A stretch of 33,031 nt of DNA from Acidobacteriota bacterium (lineage in GTDB: Bacteria > Acidobacteriota > Vicinamibacteria > Vicinamibacterales > SCN-69-37): assembly GCA_024653875.1 (NCBI GenBank), contig JANLHE010000484.1:1-33031 (forward strand), written 5' to 3'. Numbering within the stretch: the first letter of the stretch is position 1; each line of letters opens with the position of its first letter. A program made the position numbers and the translations under genes. Below the pieces are notes generated by a model that made no database searches, had not been told where the DNA came from, and saw nothing but the letters and a program-made list of their open reading frames with translations. Positions 30,174 to 33,031 of the stretch are shown piece after piece.

Positions 30174-31352
30174 TTAGCCGACCTTGACGGCCTTCAGGCC
30201 GGTGAAATTCTGCCAGCGATCTACGGCGAGCTGAACGTACTTGGGTTCAACCTCCACGCCGAAGCACCGACGGCTGAGAGTCTCGCAGCCGATCATCGTC
30301 GTGCCTGAGCCGCTGAATGGCTCATAGAGCAGATCGCCTGACTCGCTGAAGTTCTCAATCAGCCACGACCACGCCTTGATGGCTGCGTCCGCCTGCATTC
30401 CGATCGGGATACTGAAGGAGTCACGCGCGACGCACTTCTTGGCTTTGCCGAAGACGAGCACCGGCTCCCAGATATTGAAGCCGCTGGTCGTCCCGATGTC
30501 GTTGCGGCTACACTGGTTCTCTTTGACCCACGCGATGATCCGGTGCGTCCGTTCAATGTCGGCAATCCACATCGGCATGTTTATAATGCCTGACGTAAGC
30601 ACAACGCACGATTCACTCAAGGCCCGCGCGAGTCCAAACCAGCCGCGCGACCATTCCACGTAAGCGGCGCCGGTTTTCTCGTCATCGACCGATTCGCCGT
30701 AGTCGAAACCGACGTTGTACGGCGGGTCAGTAATCACGACGGCCGGCCGCGCGTCGCCCATCAACAGCGCCACGTCCTCGGCCTTCGCGCAATCGCCGCA
30801 CAGCAGCCGATGCTTACCCAACTCGAACAGGTCGCCAGCCTTGATGCTGGTCGCCCGCTCGGCCGGCACGTCGTCCGGGTCCGTGCGCCCTTCCGATGGC
30901 GTCACGTCGGCGGCGAGGATGCCCGCGAGTTCGTCCTTCAGGAAGAACTGGCTCAGGTCCACGCCGTCATCTTGCAGGCCCTTCAGCGTGTCAGCATCCC
31001 ACGCCAGATCGACTTGCGCCACGCGGTTGTCGGCAATGGCAAGCTCGCGCGCTTTCGGGTCATTCAGGTCAAGGTCTTCGCGCTGCACGACCACGAGTTT
31101 GTCGCCGCGCGTCTTGACGACTTCAACGCCGAGGCCGAGTTCTGCGGCTCGCTCCAGCGTCGCATTGCCGGCAATGACGTGCCCGTCACGGTCCACGAGA
31201 ATCGACCGCCCCGCCCCGTAGGTCCGTAGGGAATACTCCAGCATCCCGACGCCCCGCTCTGTGTGCTTGTTGGCGTTCTTCCGGTCTGTGGTTAGATCGG
31301 CCAGTGTCCGCAGCGTCTTAGCCGCCCTCTGCTTCAGTGCGGGCTTTTTCAC
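30174..31352 (-). CDS. ParB-like nuclease domain fused to a beta-class DNA methyltransferase
   Basis: The N-terminus (...RSILVDRDGHVIAGNATLERA...) is ParB-N-like. The C-terminal half has motif IV (VVITDPPYNVGFDY) followed by motif I (LYEPFSGSGTT). Confidence 0.8.
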   Translation of the reverse strand: MKKPALKQRAAKTLRTLADLTTDRKNANKHTERGVGMLEYSLRTYGAGRSILVDRDGHVIAGNATLERAAELGLGVEVVKTRGDKLVVVQREDLDLNDPKARELAIADNRVAQVDLAWDADTLKGLQDDGVDLSQFFLKDELAGILAADVTPSEGRTDPDDVPAERATSIKAGDLFELGKHRLLCGDCAKAEDVALLMGDARPAVVITDPPYNVGFDYGESVDDEKTGAAYVEWSRGWFGLARALSESCVVLTSGIINMPMWIADIERTHRIIAWVKENQCSRNDIGTTSGFNIWEPVLVFGKAKKCVARDSFSIPIGMQADAAIKAWSWLIENFSESGDLLYEPFSGSGTTMIGCETLSRRCFGVEVEPKYVQLAVDRWQNFTGLKAVKVG

Positions 31353-32023
31353 CGTTTGCCGACCCTGACCGGCTTCACTGGCGCCTGTCGCCGCTGCAGC
31401 TCTGCGTCCACCCGCGCCAAGTCCTCCGGCGTGTCGATGGAGAATTTCTCGGAGCTAGCCCCTGTGGCGCCGGGCTTCTTGACGAGCACCACACGCACGC
31501 CCGTAAGGCGCGGCATGATGGCCGTGACATGCTCCCGGTCGAACGGGGTCACGGCTTCGCGGTTCGCTCGCTCGAGGAGCGCCCGCGTGAACACTTCCAC
31601 GTCGAGCCCGTCCGGGTAGCCGGATTCGCGGACGTCGTTGGTCGCGAAGTCAGCCCCTTCATCGCGGAACCGACGTAAGACAAGCGCCGCGACATCCGGA
31701 TCAAACAGGGGACAGTCTGCCGTCACGCGCACGACGACGTCGGCAGTAGTCTCGGCGGCGACAACCGCAAAGCGACCAATCACGTCCGCAGCATCAATCC
31801 CGCTAGGCCCGCAAAGCGTCACGTTTGTCTTGTCGGCACATTCGATAAACGCCGGGGCGTCTTCGTGCGGACTTGCCACGACGACCGCGTCGACGCCCAG
31901 AACCCGCTTGGCCCGCTCAATGACATGCTGCAGGACGGGCTTGCCGTCCAGATTCGCCAGCACCTTGCGCGGGAATCGGCTTGAGCCCAAGCGGGCCTGA
32001 ATAATCGCGACTACCTTCGGCAT
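31349..32023 (-). CDS. SpsF/NeuA-type cytidylyltransferase (nucleotide-sugar / CMP-sugar synthetase family)
   Basis: AIIQARLGSSRFPRKVL..LDGKPVLQHVIER, RVTADCPLFDP, REHVT and SIDTPEDL align motif for motif with my memory of B. subtilis SpsF and related acylneuraminate cytidylyltransferases. Confidence 0.75.
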   Translation of the reverse strand: MPKVVAIIQARLGSSRFPRKVLANLDGKPVLQHVIERAKRVLGVDAVVVASPHEDAPAFIECADKTNVTLCGPSGIDAADVIGRFAVVAAETTADVVVRVTADCPLFDPDVAALVLRRFRDEGADFATNDVRESGYPDGLDVEVFTRALLERANREAVTPFDREHVTAIMPRLTGVRVVLVKKPGATGASSEKFSIDTPEDLARVDAELQRRQAPVKPVRVGKR

Positions 32024-32733
32024 AGGTCTCCACGTTCTATTGTTTCATTAGCGTCAAGGTCTCGCCCGCCGAAGCCGCGCCGGAAGTATTCGATCTGCTG
32101 CCCCTTTATGTCGCGAGCGTGGCCTTGCCAGCCGATCTCGCAGACCGCCGCGCCGCGCGCCTTCGTCTCGAGCATCCCGCGCCAGACGAGCGCATGGTTT
32201 AAGTTCGGCACGACCGATGCCGCCCAGCCGTAGTAGCTTCCTCCCTGCCACACGACGAACGCCGCAAACCCGACAAAGGTGGTGGAGGGCGCCGGAGTCG
32301 AACCGGCTGACAGCCCAGCGGCATGCGCCGCGTTGACTGACCCCCCGATGAGAATCACGTGCCCGTCGCGCACCCACTCGGCCATTAGATCCCACGAGGC
32401 TTTCGGCCGCGTCTCGCGTCCGGCTTCCTGCCGGTGTAGTTGCCGAAACGCCTCCATGTCCTCCGGCTCGCACACGTGAATGTCGTACGCCCGCTCGGCT
32501 TGGTGGATCAGCGCCTTGTAGGACTTCCGCAGATCGCGCCAGAGCGCCGTCTTGTCCTGTTTGAGGTCGACCACACGCGTCTGCCAGGACGCATTCGCCA
32601 GTTCGTCCACGCGCGAGATCGGGACTTGACAGATCCGCTCGTAGTGCCGCCAGTGAATCGAACTCCACCAACCGATCATTTGAGCAGCGGGAGCAGCGCC
32701 TTGGCGATCACGCGGCACCTTGAATCGCTCCAT
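32011..32733 (-). CDS. FemAB / BioF2-like GNAT-fold acyl- or aminoacyl-transferase
   Basis: LWRDLRKSYKALIHQAERAYDIHV..., ...FVGFAAFVVWQGGSYYGWAAS..., ...ALVWRGMLETKARGAAVCEIGWQG... and ...EYFRRGFGG follow the FemAB-like GNAT layout. Confidence 0.55.
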   Translation of the reverse strand: MERFKVPRDRQGAAPAAQMIGWWSSIHWRHYERICQVPISRVDELANASWQTRVVDLKQDKTALWRDLRKSYKALIHQAERAYDIHVCEPEDMEAFRQLHRQEAGRETRPKASWDLMAEWVRDGHVILIGGSVNAAHAAGLSAGSTPAPSTTFVGFAAFVVWQGGSYYGWAASVVPNLNHALVWRGMLETKARGAAVCEIGWQGHARDIKGQQIEYFRRGFGGRDLDANETIERGDLCRR

Positions 32734-32754
32734 CTCGCGCTCGCACGGCTGCGC

Positions 32755-33031
32755 TCACGGATACGCAAATTCTTCCCATAAGCACAGCTCCTCGTCCAGA
32801 TAGGTGGCGCCCCGATGCCCATCGGTGCCATCGCTCACGCGGAGCCCGCTCGCGATGACGCCGCGCTCTCGACAGTCCTCAACGACGGCCACGCAGCCGG
32901 GAATAAACCACCCGCCCGGTAAGGCAATCAGCAGAGTCCCCGCCGGCAGACGATCGCTCGGTATGCCCTGAATCGGAACCATCAGACGCGAAACCTCAAC
33001 ATCGGCCCTTCGCACGGCTGCACGCGCCGGA
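32755..33031 (-). CDS. Hypothetical protein, 5'-truncated by the window edge
   Basis: The reading frame stays open from the GTG at 33015 to the end of the window (upstream codons ...P A R A A). The gene therefore probably starts outside the window. Confidence 0.5.
   Translation of the reverse strand, partial: PARAAVRRADVEVSRLMVPIQGIPSDRLPAGTLLIALPGGWFIPGCVAVVEDCRERGVIASGLRVSDGTDGHRGATYLDEELCLWEEFAYP

Larger units (their letters stand above)
1..33031. mobile_element. Integrated tailed prophage (HK97-type head, tape-measure tail). The left end is at a tRNA and the right end is not in the window.
   Basis: Integrase sits next to a tRNA-like 3' end. A complete co-directional packaging, head, tail and lysis gene order follows on the minus strand. 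Confidence 0.85.

Noticed and set aside
1-33031. CRISPR arrays, rRNA genes, IS elements or transposases
   Set aside because: No regularly spaced direct repeats, no rRNA-like sequence, and no transposase-like ORFs or terminal inverted repeats were seen. The only recombinase is the integrase.

Overview
This GC-rich window is almost entirely one integrated tailed prophage with an HK97-type head and a siphovirus-type tape-measure tail, seen from its left attachment junction. It opens in what looks like a tRNA 3' end, followed by a P4-type tyrosine integrase, the only convincing + strand gene. Everything else is a tightly packed minus-strand array read right to left. At 33.0-31.3 kb is a nucleotide-sugar/acyltransferase module. 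Next come a ParB-methyltransferase fusion, TerS, TerL, portal, a second methyltransferase, a Mu-F/SPP1-gp7-like head morphogenesis protein, an RHH protein, the prohead protease and the HK97 major capsid protein. A five-gene insertion follows, then connector and neck genes, two paralogous tail-tube genes, and a tail chaperone with an unlisted -1 frameshift extension. After that come the tape measure, a Dit-like protein, a tail fibre with an S74-type chaperone domain, and a lysis block built around an SLT transglycosylase. The array ends with two large unknown proteins, several small membrane or secreted proteins, and a nucleotide-metabolism trio next to the integrase. The right prophage boundary is outside the window. 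Start/stop overlaps (GTGA, ATGA, TGATG, TAATG) let me shorten about 12 ORF-track starts and add five micro-ORFs below the track's size cut-off. I found no rRNA, CRISPR array, reverse transcriptase or transposase. All product calls come from motif recognition and synteny by eye, with no database search, so family names are hypotheses with the stated confidence. The leads I rate highest are a possible virion- or DNA-glycosylation system (a GT-like enzyme inside the head module plus an SpsF-type cytidylyltransferase and a FemAB-like GNAT), the structured promoter-bearing intergenic region at 1.85-2.2 kb, the nucleotide-pool trio, and the duplicated tail-tube genes.
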